From IMG/VR virus record IMGVR_UViG_3300048587_000705, positions 1 through 64,000 of that record: 64,000 bases of DNA. One strand, 5' to 3'. Positions 9,207 to 19,101 of the stretch are shown piece after piece. The stretch is from a virus. The position numbers and the translations under genes were made by a program. Positions within the stretch are counted from its first letter, which is position 1; the number at the start of each line of letters is the position of its first letter. The notes beneath the pieces were generated by a model. It made no database searches, was not told the origin of the DNA, and saw only the letters and a program-made list of their open reading frames with translations.

Positions 9207-11156
9207 TTAGTGAACGTCCCCATACGATTTTGCAAACTCAGGCTCTGCTTCAAACTTTATGGGATGGTTAAATATTCTGTTCACTTTATCTATTGCCCTT
9301 TTTACCAACTTCTCCGTTTCCTTTTCCTGTCCTTCATCTATGTACCAAGAGACCTCATCATGCATGCTCATTATAGGCTTAACACCCTCTTGTATAAGGA
9401 AATACACCCATAGGTCAAATACTTTTGCCCCGAAATTTTGGTTGACTGCCGAAAACTTTATGTGTTGGGCTGTGAGTATCAACCAAGTCTTTGAAAAGGG
9501 ACTGTATATCCATTCTCTACCATCAGCGAACTTTGTCTTAAAAGAATCCTCTAGCTTCAATATGCTCCAATTGAGGTCCCAGTATGCTTTATGGAATATT
9601 TTTGCTTCTTTTAAGGGTAGGTCTGCCGTTTCCCCTATCTTTTTGGCCGATGCTTTGTAGGTGGCCGCGTAATTTGTGGTCTTTGCGCCAGACCTTGTCT
9701 TTACAAGTTTGTCAAATGTCTCTGACATTTCTTTATCCGTAAGGTTGGAAAAACTTTTTGGAAAATCTGAATCATCTCTGCTTTTGTCTTTCCTTTTGTA
9801 CCATTTGAAAAAACTTACCTCGTCCTCGGTCATAAAACCTGCCCTTAATGCTATGGTCAAATGTGCATCATATCCCGGAACATTCAGTTGGTCGACATAC
9901 TCCCTATCTATATCATATATACCTATTTGCTTTGTCTTATCTTCCAAAGAACTTAAATCTGCATTTACAAACACCTTTCCCTCTGGTGCAATGAGGGTTG
10001 ACCTTATAAGCTCTCCATATTGGGAGTTGTTCGCAGGTATGTTGACAATAGGTTTGATATGTTTTACCCTCCATGTCTTTGCCATTGCCATCCAAGACGC
10101 CGTTACATATCCATCCTCGTCCATAGTCTCAAGAAATGCTTTTAAATAGCCTGCCCTATGTTGTGCAACGGACAGTCCCTCAAGGTTTTCAAGTTCTGGG
10201 TAATCTTTGAACATGCTTGTTATACTGGAGCATAGGTTTTTGTCGTCATCCCTTAGTTGTGGCACCTTTCCGTTCGCGCCGTCTTTGAATATTTTTGGTT
10301 TCCAGTTTTTTGAGAAAAGAAAATCTTTTATCTGTGTATTGCTCTGTGGATTTGGCTCTATATATTTAGTTATTACTTCTACCTCTCCGTTGTAGTCCTC
10401 AGGCAACCCCATCTCTTCAAGCATGGTGAACCATTTTTTACCTATGGACGATAGGGTGCCATCCTGTTTAAAAGGTTTTTTAGGTTTTGATTTTTTTATA
10501 GAAACTGCTACCTTTGGCATTATTTTGGAGACTTCCGTTGTTTTTTCCTCTATGACTCCCTCTAAAAATTTTAAATTTTTTTTACATTGCTCTACTGCAA
10601 GTTTTATCTTGTTTTCCTCTTGAATCACTTGCAACTCTATTTTAAAATTACAGTGTTTTATTATAGAAATAATTTCTTCATCGGAACTATATAGTTCCCG
10701 CAACAGTTTAAGAAATTTTATCCATATGTTTGTATTTATTTTTACATCGGATTCACATCTAAACCTGTACTCTTCATAGGAAAGACCTTCCCAATCATCC
10801 ACCTTTGGCTTCTCTATACCAACGTCCGTCCCCCAAGAATCCAATCCATGCAACGCCCTATCATTATATAGATACCAACTCAATGGTAGGGTATCTATTA
10901 TAAATGCTTTTATTTGTATATCTGGATAAACTTTTTTTATTGCCCGGATGTCAAATCCCAAGAAATAATGCCCTACAATAATATTTTTTGGATTTTCAAA
11001 AATCTTTTTTACATCACTTTTTTTATTAGTAGATTTTAATTGCCATTGTTCATCCATATCCTTCCAAGCTACTGAAAGTACGTGCATCTTTGTAAGTTCG
11101 GGCAATAGTCCGTCAAATTCTGTATCTACAATAAAAACTTTGTCTAAATTATACAT
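9207..11156 (-). CDS. polA: family A DNA polymerase with 3'-5' exonuclease domain
   Basis: ExoI DTE; motif A ADLSSLE; motif B RSGAKTTNYAATY; motif C HDE; start moved to MYNLDK, which overlaps the primase stop. Confidence 0.93.
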   Translation of the reverse strand: MYNLDKVFIVDTEFDGLLPELTKMHVLSVAWKDMDEQWQLKSTNKKSDVKKIFENPKNIIVGHYFLGFDIRAIKKVYPDIQIKAFIIDTLPLSWYLYNDRALHGLDSWGTDVGIEKPKVDDWEGLSYEEYRFRCESDVKINTNIWIKFLKLLRELYSSDEEIISIIKHCNFKIELQVIQEENKIKLAVEQCKKNLKFLEGVIEEKTTEVSKIMPKVAVSIKKSKPKKPFKQDGTLSSIGKKWFTMLEEMGLPEDYNGEVEVITKYIEPNPQSNTQIKDFLFSKNWKPKIFKDGANGKVPQLRDDDKNLCSSITSMFKDYPELENLEGLSVAQHRAGYLKAFLETMDEDGYVTASWMAMAKTWRVKHIKPIVNIPANNSQYGELIRSTLIAPEGKVFVNADLSSLEDKTKQIGIYDIDREYVDQLNVPGYDAHLTIALRAGFMTEDEVSFFKWYKRKDKSRDDSDFPKSFSNLTDKEMSETFDKLVKTRSGAKTTNYAATYKASAKKIGETADLPLKEAKIFHKAYWDLNWSILKLEDSFKTKFADGREWIYSPFSKTWLILTAQHIKFSAVNQNFGAKVFDLWVYFLIQEGVKPIMSMHDEVSWYIDEGQEKETEKLVKRAIDKVNRIFNHPIKFEAEPEFAKSYGDVH

Positions 11157-12117
11157 TTTCACCAAATCCCTGTTCAACCAATTTCTCGTATGCCAACTGT
11201 GTGTCGTCGTCACACTCTATTTTTATAAATACGTTTACGGGCGTGTATCCCACATTGGGCTCGAACACCGTTGATGTACTAAAGACGTTAAAAATCCTTG
11301 TGTCCTTGTCAAACAGTGCCGATGATTTGCTATCTGGGCTCCCGGGACGCCGCATCCTTACATTGTGACCGTTCTCTGACACTATCTCCCAACCGTTGTC
11401 TATCAACAGTCCGAGACTGTCCCCCCTCTCGTTGTAGTTCTCAAATGGGTTTACGTCCCTATCGGCGTATTTTGTAAGTTTATAGTTTTTTGAAGGTTCC
11501 ATGTATTCGTTAAAGCTCCTGCAAGCCTCAAACAGCATCTCTCTTTCCTCTGGGGTTATCTCTCTTAATTTGCCATATACTTTTTCATAACCTTTTGTTG
11601 GTGCCAATAAAAAATACCCACCATTTTCACGGGTCTCCAAAAGTACCTTTACCTTGTCATTGGACGCTATTTTGAGTGCCATAGGGCGTGTCCTTATATT
11701 GTTGAATGCCTCAGTGTAGGTAATATGTTTTTCCTCCGGCGTGGTGAGCCTGTTTGCGAGTTTTTGGTTGTGCTCGACCACACTGCACTTGAATACCCAA
11801 TGGAGCCCACCCGATGGCGTCTTTTGTACCCACATCTTTCTCAAAAGGCTTTCTGGAAGTTTTTCTTTTAATCTGTCCACGAGATTTCCAGTGGTGTCGT
11901 ATTTGAGATCTATGTCAACACATGTTACTTTTGAACTTCCCCCACATATAAGTGCCATTCCGTGTACGTTTTTAAAGTACTTACCAACCTCTGTTTCGGA
12001 CATAGGTGTTGTTTGGTATTTTGTCCAGTTTATGGTAGGCTGTTTCAGGGCATCCACGGGTATCACCGAAAATCCCTGTTCTATATATTGTAGTGCAAGT
12101 TTTCTAAAGTCGTTCAT
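11149..12117 (-). CDS. bifunctional primase/polymerase (Prim-Pol)
   Basis: GFSVIPV, VDID, TPSGGLH, ETRENGGYFLLAPT. Confidence 0.9.
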   Translation of the reverse strand: MNDFRKLALQYIEQGFSVIPVDALKQPTINWTKYQTTPMSETEVGKYFKNVHGMALICGGSSKVTCVDIDLKYDTTGNLVDRLKEKLPESLLRKMWVQKTPSGGLHWVFKCSVVEHNQKLANRLTTPEEKHITYTEAFNNIRTRPMALKIASNDKVKVLLETRENGGYFLLAPTKGYEKVYGKLREITPEEREMLFEACRSFNEYMEPSKNYKLTKYADRDVNPFENYNERGDSLGLLIDNGWEIVSENGHNVRMRRPGSPDSKSSALFDKDTRIFNVFSTSTVFEPNVGYTPVNVFIKIECDDDTQLAYEKLVEQGFGENV

Positions 12118-12341
12118 ACAAGGTTATATTTTCGCAGAAATCTGAAATGTTGTAGGGCGTTCTCAAGCTCATCGTCTATAAGGGCGGGATAGGCTACCTT
12201 ATAGGCAAAAAAGTGTTCGGCCGGTAGTTTTTCGACCACGATAAGTTCATTTCCTTTTACACCAAATACATCGCCTTTTTTATAATGCGGATATTTTAGA
12301 AAGGTCGTGAACTGTTCTGTTTCTGTTCCATATATTTCCAT
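12114..12341 (-). CDS. hypothetical protein
   Basis: Start and stop overlap both neighbours. Confidence 0.6.
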   Translation of the reverse strand: MEIYGTETEQFTTFLKYPHYKKGDVFGVKGNELIVVEKLPAEHFFAYKVAYPALIDDELENALQHFRFLRKYNLV

Positions 12342-12817
12342 TATTTTTTAATTTTTAGTGTCTTCTCCTGCACTATACCCTTTTTAGTGCCATGGGTTAT
12401 GTGTATTAATTTTCTCCATTCTTTTTCCTTTATATAATATGGTAGGTAGATATTTTCGGGGCGGTTCTTTTGCTCGTAGTCTATGAGTGCTTCGAGCCAT
12501 TGGTCATTTATATCCTTTAATCTTACGTGTCTAAAATCCTCGTCTTGGTTTTTACCGTAAGTCCCGCGCATAAGTTTTTCCCGCACCTTTTTAAAATCGT
12601 CCGTATCGTACAATGTCAAATCCTCTTTCGGGGACGTTGCGTTCCTGCGTATATAATCCCTGCCACCGTCCACCATGTACTGTTGTCCGTTTTTATCGGT
12701 GTATTCTACATAATCGTGTCTGTGGGAGGACATCAACACTGTCCCGTCAGGTGTGATAATTCCGTTCTGTATCAAAGCCTTGTTCATAATTTTTGTTTGT
12801 TCATTATTCGTGTACAT
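12341..12817 (-). CDS. conserved phage hypothetical protein
   Basis: TPDGT.L.S.HRHDY...VDGG..YIRR motif. Confidence 0.75.
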   Translation of the reverse strand: MYTNNEQTKIMNKALIQNGIITPDGTVLMSSHRHDYVEYTDKNGQQYMVDGGRDYIRRNATSPKEDLTLYDTDDFKKVREKLMRGTYGKNQDEDFRHVRLKDINDQWLEALIDYEQKNRPENIYLPYYIKEKEWRKLIHITHGTKKGIVQEKTLKIKK

Positions 12818-12850
12818 TGTTAAAATATGTTCAACGTTGTTTATTTTCTA

Positions 12851-12882
12851 CAAATGTACTCCTTATTTTTAGATTACGCAAC
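12851..12882 (-). promoter_or_regulatory. Bacteroidota-type promoter
   Basis: GTTG-N20-TACATTTG. Confidence 0.6.
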
Positions 12883-12886
12883 AATT

Positions 12887-13282
12887 TTATAATTCTTCTA
12901 CTGTGTGGTAAAATTTATTTCTCCCTTCAAAAGTATAGTATACACCATCTTCACCTTTTACGGCAACTGTTTCTATCCATTCATCGGTATTGTGTTTCTG
13001 TGCCTTTATTTTTACGTGGCGGGATTTGTCGAACAGCCATTTTATGTAGTTCCACTGGTCATTGTCCATATCCATTCCCGCCTTTCCGTGCTTGGTCTGG
13101 TACTCCTGTATCTTCCTTGAAACGTTTTCCTTGAAATGCTCGGACAACCTGTCCTGTAACCTTATCAGTTCATCACATATCGAGCCCACTACATAGGTCA
13201 TTCTGCCCAAGCCATAAGATATGGCGCATTGTAGTACTATCTCTTCGTTTAAGCTTATGTATTTTTGTCCTATCTTACTCAT
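12887..13282 (-). CDS. hypothetical protein
   Basis: CAISYGLGRMTY motif of a common phage family. Confidence 0.7.
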   Translation of the reverse strand: MSKIGQKYISLNEEIVLQCAISYGLGRMTYVVGSICDELIRLQDRLSEHFKENVSRKIQEYQTKHGKAGMDMDNDQWNYIKWLFDKSRHVKIKAQKHNTDEWIETVAVKGEDGVYYTFEGRNKFYHTVEEL

Positions 13283-13769
13283 AATTTTCCAAAAATTCGC
13301 TGTTTATGTCTTTCAAAGTGTTTTCAAAAAGGTCCTCCTCTTTCATTAAGTTTCTGTACTTTTTCTCCGCTTCTTTTTTGTATTTTTCATACGTGGCGGC
13401 GATATCGTGCAATTCGGGATAGCTATCCTCTATATCTTTTTTGGTATACTCCCCATAGGTATCGTTGAGAAGTATATACCTTTTGTGCATAAAAAATCCT
13501 GAGAATGGTATAAGTATGTACCAACCTTTATTTTCATAAACATCCGTCCAACCAATCTCCCATTTTTGTATAGAATAAAAACTTGAAAAAATACCCTGTC
13601 TAAGCTGATATATAGGTGATTTTTTATTTTTGTACCTTTTTGGCGGCGGTATTTTTATCCTGTATTTTTTTGGTATCAAAGTGAGTGCCCAGTTAAATAT
13701 CGGCACCCCTAATGCCCAAAACAACATGAGCATCAGCGCTATCAATACATAGTCGTGTTGTGTTTCCAT
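13275..13769 (-). CDS. hypothetical membrane-anchored protein
   Basis: N-terminal hydrophobic helix. Confidence 0.65.
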   Translation of the reverse strand: METQHDYVLIALMLMLFWALGVPIFNWALTLIPKKYRIKIPPPKRYKNKKSPIYQLRQGIFSSFYSIQKWEIGWTDVYENKGWYILIPFSGFFMHKRYILLNDTYGEYTKKDIEDSYPELHDIAATYEKYKKEAEKKYRNLMKEEDLFENTLKDINSEFLENYE

Positions 13770-13771
13770 AC

Positions 13772-14122
13772 CTAAAATATATTATGTTCTTCCAAGAGTT
13801 GCTCTATCTTTTCTATCGGTACCCTTTCTATGTTTTCGAGTAGCTTTTCGTACGCGTCGTTCGTTCTTATGCTGTTGTGCGGGTAATATAGGTTTGTTGT
13901 TGGTAGGTCCCTGCATCTTAGCTCCAACAACAGGTCATTGTCATCATAATCTGCTATATCCGCATAATTATCGTTACATTCCTCACAGTCTTCCTCATCA
14001 ATCATATTGAGGTATATGTTGGCGTATCTTTCTACATCCCTTTTTATGTTACCGAGGTCTATCTTTACCTTCCCCGTTTCTGAGTTCAATAAGTATTGCC
14101 CCGCTTTTAACTCTATTTCCAT
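13772..14122 (-). CDS. hypothetical protein
   Basis: Packed ORF. Confidence 0.65.
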   Translation of the reverse strand: MEIELKAGQYLLNSETGKVKIDLGNIKRDVERYANIYLNMIDEEDCEECNDNYADIADYDDNDLLLELRCRDLPTTNLYYPHNSIRTNDAYEKLLENIERVPIEKIEQLLEEHNIF

Positions 14123-14123
14123 A

Positions 14124-14312
14124 TTATTCTTTTAAAGTGTTCAACATCTCTATCAATATATCGGCAAAATCTTTTACCTCTTCTTCGTCCGAAAAGGTAA
14201 ATATCGTTTCGTTATCATGGTCGAGCAGACATACTTTTTTATCCGTTTCATCGCCATATATCTCTATTTTCCAACCTTCTTTGTTTTTTAATGTTCTTCC
14301 TATCGTTTTCAT
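14124..14312 (-). CDS. hypothetical protein
   Basis: Packed ORF. Confidence 0.6.
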   Translation of the reverse strand: MKTIGRTLKNKEGWKIEIYGDETDKKVCLLDHDNETIFTFSDEEEVKDFADILIEMLNTLKE

Positions 14313-14325
14313 AATATTTTTGGTT

Positions 14326-14574
14326 TTAATTTTCCATAAACGCGTCCACCACGTCCATTATATAAGCCTCTATCTGTTGTTGTGTCATTTTTTGTATAAC
14401 AGCACTTCTTTTTGTCAAGGATTTTGTAACCTTACCTCGGTAGTACTTTTCAACTGTTACCGTTATGTTCCCTTCTGTTACCTCGCATTGTATGTTGAGT
14501 GGATGTTTGTCCACATCGGGGTAATAGATGTATCCAAAGGGTGTTTGTTCCAAGCGTTCTTCTCTATGGTTCAT
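14326..14574 (-). CDS. hypothetical protein
   Basis: Packed ORF. Confidence 0.6.
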   Translation of the reverse strand: MNHREERLEQTPFGYIYYPDVDKHPLNIQCEVTEGNITVTVEKYYRGKVTKSLTKRSAVIQKMTQQQIEAYIMDVVDAFMEN

Positions 14575-15040
14575 ATTGCAGTATTATTTCCGTTCTTACG
14601 TCCAGTTCGTTATTTGGGGGCACTTCTTTTAACTTATAGTGCGACATATCACAGTCCCATAAAGCGTTTTCTATCCCTTTTTGGAACTCTTCTGTGTTTT
14701 GCGGGTCAACGCGCGGTACAAGGGCTGAAATCTCTTTTTCGAGGTATTTTTGCTCTATGTTCTTTTTGTACCACGCCAAGTTTTCGTAGAATTTTTTGTT
14801 TGATTCCTACGTGTCGAATTTTAGGGCGCGGTATTCCTTGTTTTTCCGTTCCCACTCCTGCTCAAGGTCTTGCTCCACTTGGATAACGACCCCGCTTTTC
14901 AACATATCTGTTGATAGTGTGGGCAATTGTGTCGCCACGATATACTCCCCCACCAAATAACCGAGTTGCCAATCAAGTGATGGTACATCTCTTTTTGGTA
15001 ATACACAGTCTTTAAAAATTTCTCTAAATTTTGTTTTCAT
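14564..15040 (-). pseudogene. hypothetical gene with one internal in-frame TAG
   Basis: ...KFDT-TAG-ESNKKFYENLAWYKK... continues in frame into ORF 14564-14779. Confidence 0.65.
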
Positions 15041-15447
15041 ACGATAGCTTCGTTCAACTCGTTATTTAGGTTTTCTATTTCCTCTTTCAGATCAATTATC
15101 TCATCCTCCAGTTCCGATACCTTTCGCTCAAAATCTTCTTTTTCCTTTTGTTCGTAATCAACTTCATTTTCAAGTTCATCAATCCTGTTCAAATGGTCGG
15201 TTATTTCACTTTCCGCATAATCGCGCATAGATGTATTGGCTTCCCTTATTTTTTCAAACTGTTGCTCAAACAATGTGTATATTTCATCCGATACGTCCGA
15301 GCACATCTGTTCAATATTCTGTGGATTTTCTAAAAAGTATTCAAAATAACTTTTAAAAATACTTTCCGATTCTTCCCTAAACTGGGACATACCTTTGTCT
15401 ATTTCGGGACAGGTGTATGGATATTGGAAGTTTTTATAGTTTCTCAT
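15037..15447 (-). CDS. coiled-coil hypothetical protein
   Basis: YTCPEID motif with an acidic coiled-coil tail; promoter box at 15452-15459. Confidence 0.7.
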   Translation of the reverse strand: MRNYKNFQYPYTCPEIDKGMSQFREESESIFKSYFEYFLENPQNIEQMCSDVSDEIYTLFEQQFEKIREANTSMRDYAESEITDHLNRIDELENEVDYEQKEKEDFERKVSELEDEIIDLKEEIENLNNELNEAIV

Positions 15448-15497
15448 ACTGTAAAGATACAAAAATCGCCGTAAAGAAAAAATGGTTTAACAAAATT

Positions 15498-16649
15498 TTA
15501 AAATGGAGTGTTGTCTTTTTCTTCTTCCTCATCATCACCGAAAGCGTCCTTTGGAGAGGTGTTAAACTTGGCGCTGTCGAATATGGGCATTGGGTCTGGC
15601 TGTGTAAAAACAGGTGCCTTTAGGTTGGATACAAAATCTTCTTCTTTTACCTCGGATTTCATTTTTTCCAACTGTTCTTTTGACAAATCCATTTCTTTTA
15701 TAAAGAGATCCCGCGTAAAATCATCAGATTCCCGTGTCTTAGTGACCACATAAAAAAGATTACCCAAGGTATTAAATGAAACTTTTCCTTTACTGTTTGG
15801 TTCGGTAAAATATTTTTCAAGATATTCGTATCTCTCTGGATAGACCGACAGATATTCTGACACCCCTTGTTTAAATGGGTTTGTCTGTATTATAATATAG
15901 GACGCCAACTGCTCCATAAAAGATGAACCAAATATCCAAGAATTGTTGGGACGCATGTCGTTTGACCGTTCTTTGACCGTTGTATGTACCATCCTATTGG
16001 TCTGCGAGAGTAGAATAAAATACAGATTGTTAAATTTTAATTTAAGAAGGTTTATATACTCACTGACTTTTTCTAATACTGCTTGCTTATCTGTGCCTGT
16101 CAGCAACAATAAATGGTCTATACTTATGAGTATTGCATCCCTATCTTTGTGGAGTGTGGCGAAGGTTTCGACCATGTTATAAAATTCATCAGCACTGACA
16201 GGTTCCTGTACCACAAATCTTCTATCGTCCTGTAAATTTTCATAGTATTCTTTTACCTTTAACGCCTCTTCTTCATTAAACTTGTTGAAAAGTATTTCAG
16301 ATTTCTTTTTGTTCAGTAAATTGTGTGTGGATCGCAAGAGGCGGTTTAGCATCTTCATTTCCAAATTAAACTCAAGAGAACAGAAGTTGTCGGCAGTGGG
16401 GTTTACATCTTTACTCATTATCTTTTCTATCATTCTGTAAAGTGTCTCGGATTTCCCTGCGCCGGGCGGGGCACTTATCAAAACAACATCACCCTCGAGA
16501 AGTGACCCTATATGGCAATCTATCATTTCCTCCCCTGTACGTAAAAGTCTTTTTTCTCCGTACTGTATTTTTCTTAGGTCTGCAAAGGCTTCTTTTGCCG
16601 CGATTCCAACTTTTTTTATTCTTTTATCCAATTGGATTTCTTCTGCCAT
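15498..16649 (-). CDS. dnaB: DnaB-like replicative helicase
   Basis: Walker A APPGAGKS, NLEM, IDH, LSQTNR; acidic tail ending PF. Confidence 0.88.
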   Translation of the reverse strand: MAEEIQLDKRIKKVGIAAKEAFADLRKIQYGEKRLLRTGEEMIDCHIGSLLEGDVVLISAPPGAGKSETLYRMIEKIMSKDVNPTADNFCSLEFNLEMKMLNRLLRSTHNLLNKKKSEILFNKFNEEEALKVKEYYENLQDDRRFVVQEPVSADEFYNMVETFATLHKDRDAILISIDHLLLLTGTDKQAVLEKVSEYINLLKLKFNNLYFILLSQTNRMVHTTVKERSNDMRPNNSWIFGSSFMEQLASYIIIQTNPFKQGVSEYLSVYPERYEYLEKYFTEPNSKGKVSFNTLGNLFYVVTKTRESDDFTRDLFIKEMDLSKEQLEKMKSEVKEEDFVSNLKAPVFTQPDPMPIFDSAKFNTSPKDAFGDDEEEEKDNTPF

Positions 16650-16849
16650 AGTTTTAGTGTAGGTGTTTTTTGTATTTGTATGTAGGTTATCTTAGGGTGT
16701 TTACTTCTTCTTTCTCGCAGTTCTGTACTTTCTTTGGATAGTTCTTTGTTGAAGTTCTTTTGTGGTTCTATTGTTTGGAAACATTTTAGTCTTCCTTCTA
16801 ACGTCCAACTATCGTGTATTGTCCACTCTTCTGCGTGTCTTTTACTCAT
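16616..16849 (-). CDS. hypothetical protein
   Basis: Packed ORF. Confidence 0.5.
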   Translation of the reverse strand: MSKRHAEEWTIHDSWTLEGRLKCFQTIEPQKNFNKELSKESTELRERRSKHPKITYIQIQKTPTLKLWQKKSNWIKE

Positions 16850-17147
16850 TTTTATAGACTTTATCGTAAATCTCGTCGTATTTTTTATCGAGTTCCTGTT
16901 TTATTTTCTCATTACCATAGTCTTCAAAAATCTCGTACATTTCTTCAAACATATAATACCTGAACCGTAGTTCTTGAAAATAGGTCTCGGAGTAATGGCA
17001 ATCTTTTATTTCCTTACCTTTTAACATTATTGCCCGGGCACAATTTAAGGCGCTACAGCAACCGTCTTCTCCACAGGCATGGCAGTTTTTACAATATGGG
17101 GTGTAATCATCCTCTTTTTCTATTTCTTCAACCTCTTTTTTATTCAT
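16842..17147 (-). CDS. Cys-rich hypothetical protein
   Basis: YCKNCHACGEDGCC motif. Confidence 0.7.
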   Translation of the reverse strand: MNKKEVEEIEKEDDYTPYCKNCHACGEDGCCSALNCARAIMLKGKEIKDCHYSETYFQELRFRYYMFEEMYEIFEDYGNEKIKQELDKKYDEIYDKVYKNE

Positions 17148-17745
17148 TGTTTTTTATTTTTTGTTGCCAAAACTTTTCGATACGTTGCCTGTTGTTTTCG
17201 TAAAACTGATATAACGGGCTATCGTTTATATTACTTTCCAAAGACCCGTAACGGTTTTTATTGCTGTCCAAAAAGATGTACTCAAGTCGACGTGAAAATT
17301 TATACTCGTCTAAAAACAGCCAACATAACCAATACATCTCGTGTAAAGTCAGTCCCAATAATTTTCTAAAAGTGGCACAATGCTGTTTTGTTTTTTTCTT
17401 GTTTCCCACCACTCTTTCTTTATCTTCATCCTGTAGGTACATGTTTTCGAGATATGCGAACATGTCCAGATCCCCTTGGGAAATTTCGGGGATTTGTACG
17501 TCCTCTAAAATTTGTTCCCCCTTCTTTGACAACCTCAGTACCGAGAAATCGCTATCGGACTTCTTTTTCTTTTTAACGGTGGCTATCAGTTCTTGTTCGG
17601 TAAATTTCTCAAACATATCGTCGTCGGCGTACATGGCGATATAGTCCCCCTGTTCCTCGGTGCGGTTCTGTTTTAGAAGTTGTAAAACTATTACTTCTGT
17701 CAAGGTATAGCCTTTTTCGTGTATCAATGTTGTGTTCAGCCACAT
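17140..17745 (-). CDS. hypothetical protein, possibly winged-helix replication-associated
   Basis: 201-aa ORF upstream of the helicase; function is inferred. Confidence 0.6.
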   Translation of the reverse strand: MWLNTTLIHEKGYTLTEVIVLQLLKQNRTEEQGDYIAMYADDDMFEKFTEQELIATVKKKKKSDSDFSVLRLSKKGEQILEDVQIPEISQGDLDMFAYLENMYLQDEDKERVVGNKKKTKQHCATFRKLLGLTLHEMYWLCWLFLDEYKFSRRLEYIFLDSNKNRYGSLESNINDSPLYQFYENNRQRIEKFWQQKIKNNE

Positions 17746-17752
17746 ATATTTG

Positions 17753-17980
17753 TTATTTTTTCAAAATTGTCCCGTCCCAAGCAATCCAATCAAAATTGTT
17801 CCAATCAATACTTTGAAGTTCTCTGATTTTATCCTCAACCCTTGCCTTTAATTCAGAAATGGCTTCTTCTTTGTTTTCACCGTATCCATTGAGATAAACA
17901 TTAGATTCACTTTCATCTAATCTGGCTTCAAATGACTGCCATTTCTTTTTGCCGTCATTATGTATTTGTAATTTCAACAT
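17753..17980 (-). CDS. hypothetical protein
   Basis: GYGENKEEAISEL resembles a HicB-like helix. Confidence 0.6.
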   Translation of the reverse strand: MLKLQIHNDGKKKWQSFEARLDESESNVYLNGYGENKEEAISELKARVEDKIRELQSIDWNNFDWIAWDGTILKK

Positions 17981-17989
17981 GTTTTAATA

Positions 17990-18175
17990 TTATTTTAATT
18001 CTACCTCATACTCCCATCCCTCTACAAAACGTTGCTTAAAGGTGATGTAGTACATTATTCTGTGCCACCACTTATCATATACATGTTTAGGCTTGGATGC
18101 AATGACAACTTTTTGGTCAAATAAGTTGGCACCTTGGTTAAAGTCTTTGTTTAATGTTATTTGAAACTGTTCCAT
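17990..18175 (-). CDS. hypothetical protein
   Basis: Packed ORF. Confidence 0.55.
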   Translation of the reverse strand: MEQFQITLNKDFNQGANLFDQKVVIASKPKHVYDKWWHRIMYYITFKQRFVEGWEYEVELK

Positions 18176-18178
18176 TTT

Positions 18179-18337
18179 CTAATTTGAATTTGCGATTATC
18201 TCGGCGCGGTCCGATACTTCCTCTATACTGTTTCCATACACCGTTGCAATGGTATCTCCTGTTAGCTCATCATAAACTATTGTACTGTAACTGTCCTCTG
18301 CCAGTTCGTCGATGCCTATGTCTACTCTCCAACTCAT
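18179..18337 (-). CDS. small hypothetical protein (52 aa)
   Basis: MSWRVDIGID...IIANSN fills the gap between neighbours; below the track cutoff. Confidence 0.6.
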   Translation of the reverse strand: MSWRVDIGIDELAEDSYSTIVYDELTGDTIATVYGNSIEEVSDRAEIIANSN

Positions 18338-18340
18338 TTT

Positions 18341-18523
18341 TTAATATTTTTTATCTTTATTTTTTATTCTCTCTATTCCCTCTTTTGCCAAATCATAGAA
18401 AAGCGGGGTCAAAAACCACCACAACAAATTGTAGTAATTGTCCGTTTCTATTGCATACCATGGTACACCTATAAAGAACAGTAGTGCCGTTAGTATACAG
18501 AGTATTCCTTTAACCTTTCTCAC
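18341..18523 (-). CDS. small membrane protein
   Basis: Hydrophobic segments. Confidence 0.55.
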   Translation of the reverse strand: MRKVKGILCILTALLFFIGVPWYAIETDNYYNLLWWFLTPLFYDLAKEGIERIKNKDKKY

Positions 18524-18935
18524 CTAGTTTTAAAAAATTTTGTTCAAATATTATGTTTTCTGGTATCTTTACATCACTCATAACAAACATATGTGCCATT
18601 TCTTTTGGTGTATATCCGTTCAAATTTGCACCTTCACCGGAGTAAGCTACATAAAAATCTTTATCTTTGTTCTGTTCGGCGTATAGATAAAGGAATAATA
18701 TCTGGGATGTTATGTAAAGTTTTGACACGCTCGGATGTTTGGTTTTTTGTAGGTTTTTGGTCACTATTGCGAAACTTTGTCCTTGTAACCCGAATTTTTG
18801 TCCATATATAGCACCAAATTTATCTTTTGCTATTTTTGCCGCTCCTTTTCCATGCCTACCCTCTGTATTTGAGCCAAATACAAATATTCCGTTTTTTGGC
18901 AATGTTTTTATCTTTCCTTTATACGTCCTTCTCAT
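18510..18935 (-). CDS. A1S_2505-family phage protein (macro-like)
   Basis: IFVFGSN.EGRHGKGAA...FGAIYG...G.QGQSFAI.TK. Confidence 0.85.
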   Translation of the reverse strand: MRRTYKGKIKTLPKNGIFVFGSNTEGRHGKGAAKIAKDKFGAIYGQKFGLQGQSFAIVTKNLQKTKHPSVSKLYITSQILFLYLYAEQNKDKDFYVAYSGEGANLNGYTPKEMAHMFVMSDVKIPENIIFEQNFLKLGEKG

Positions 18936-19101
18936 TTTTGAAAAATTCGTCTGTCAAATATCCGTGCGCCGCCACAAAGAAAAAGGTAGGGAAAATCCAC
19001 AAAAACATCGCCCACCACCTATATATCAATATAGGTAGTATCAGAAGGACTGCCCCTATTGCCAAAAATACAGTCCCTTTTAATTTTCTACTGGTTTTCA
19101 T
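18919..19101 (-). CDS. small membrane protein
   Basis: Two transmembrane segments. Confidence 0.55.
   Translation of the reverse strand: MKTSRKLKGTVFLAIGAVLLILPILIYRWWAMFLWIFPTFFFVAAHGYLTDEFFKNEKDV

Noticed and set aside
11389-11399. 11-nt match (CCAACCGTTGT) to the predicted guide of the first TnpB, inside the primase gene
   Set aside because: Short and explained by shared NGW codons; not credible self-targeting without a known TAM
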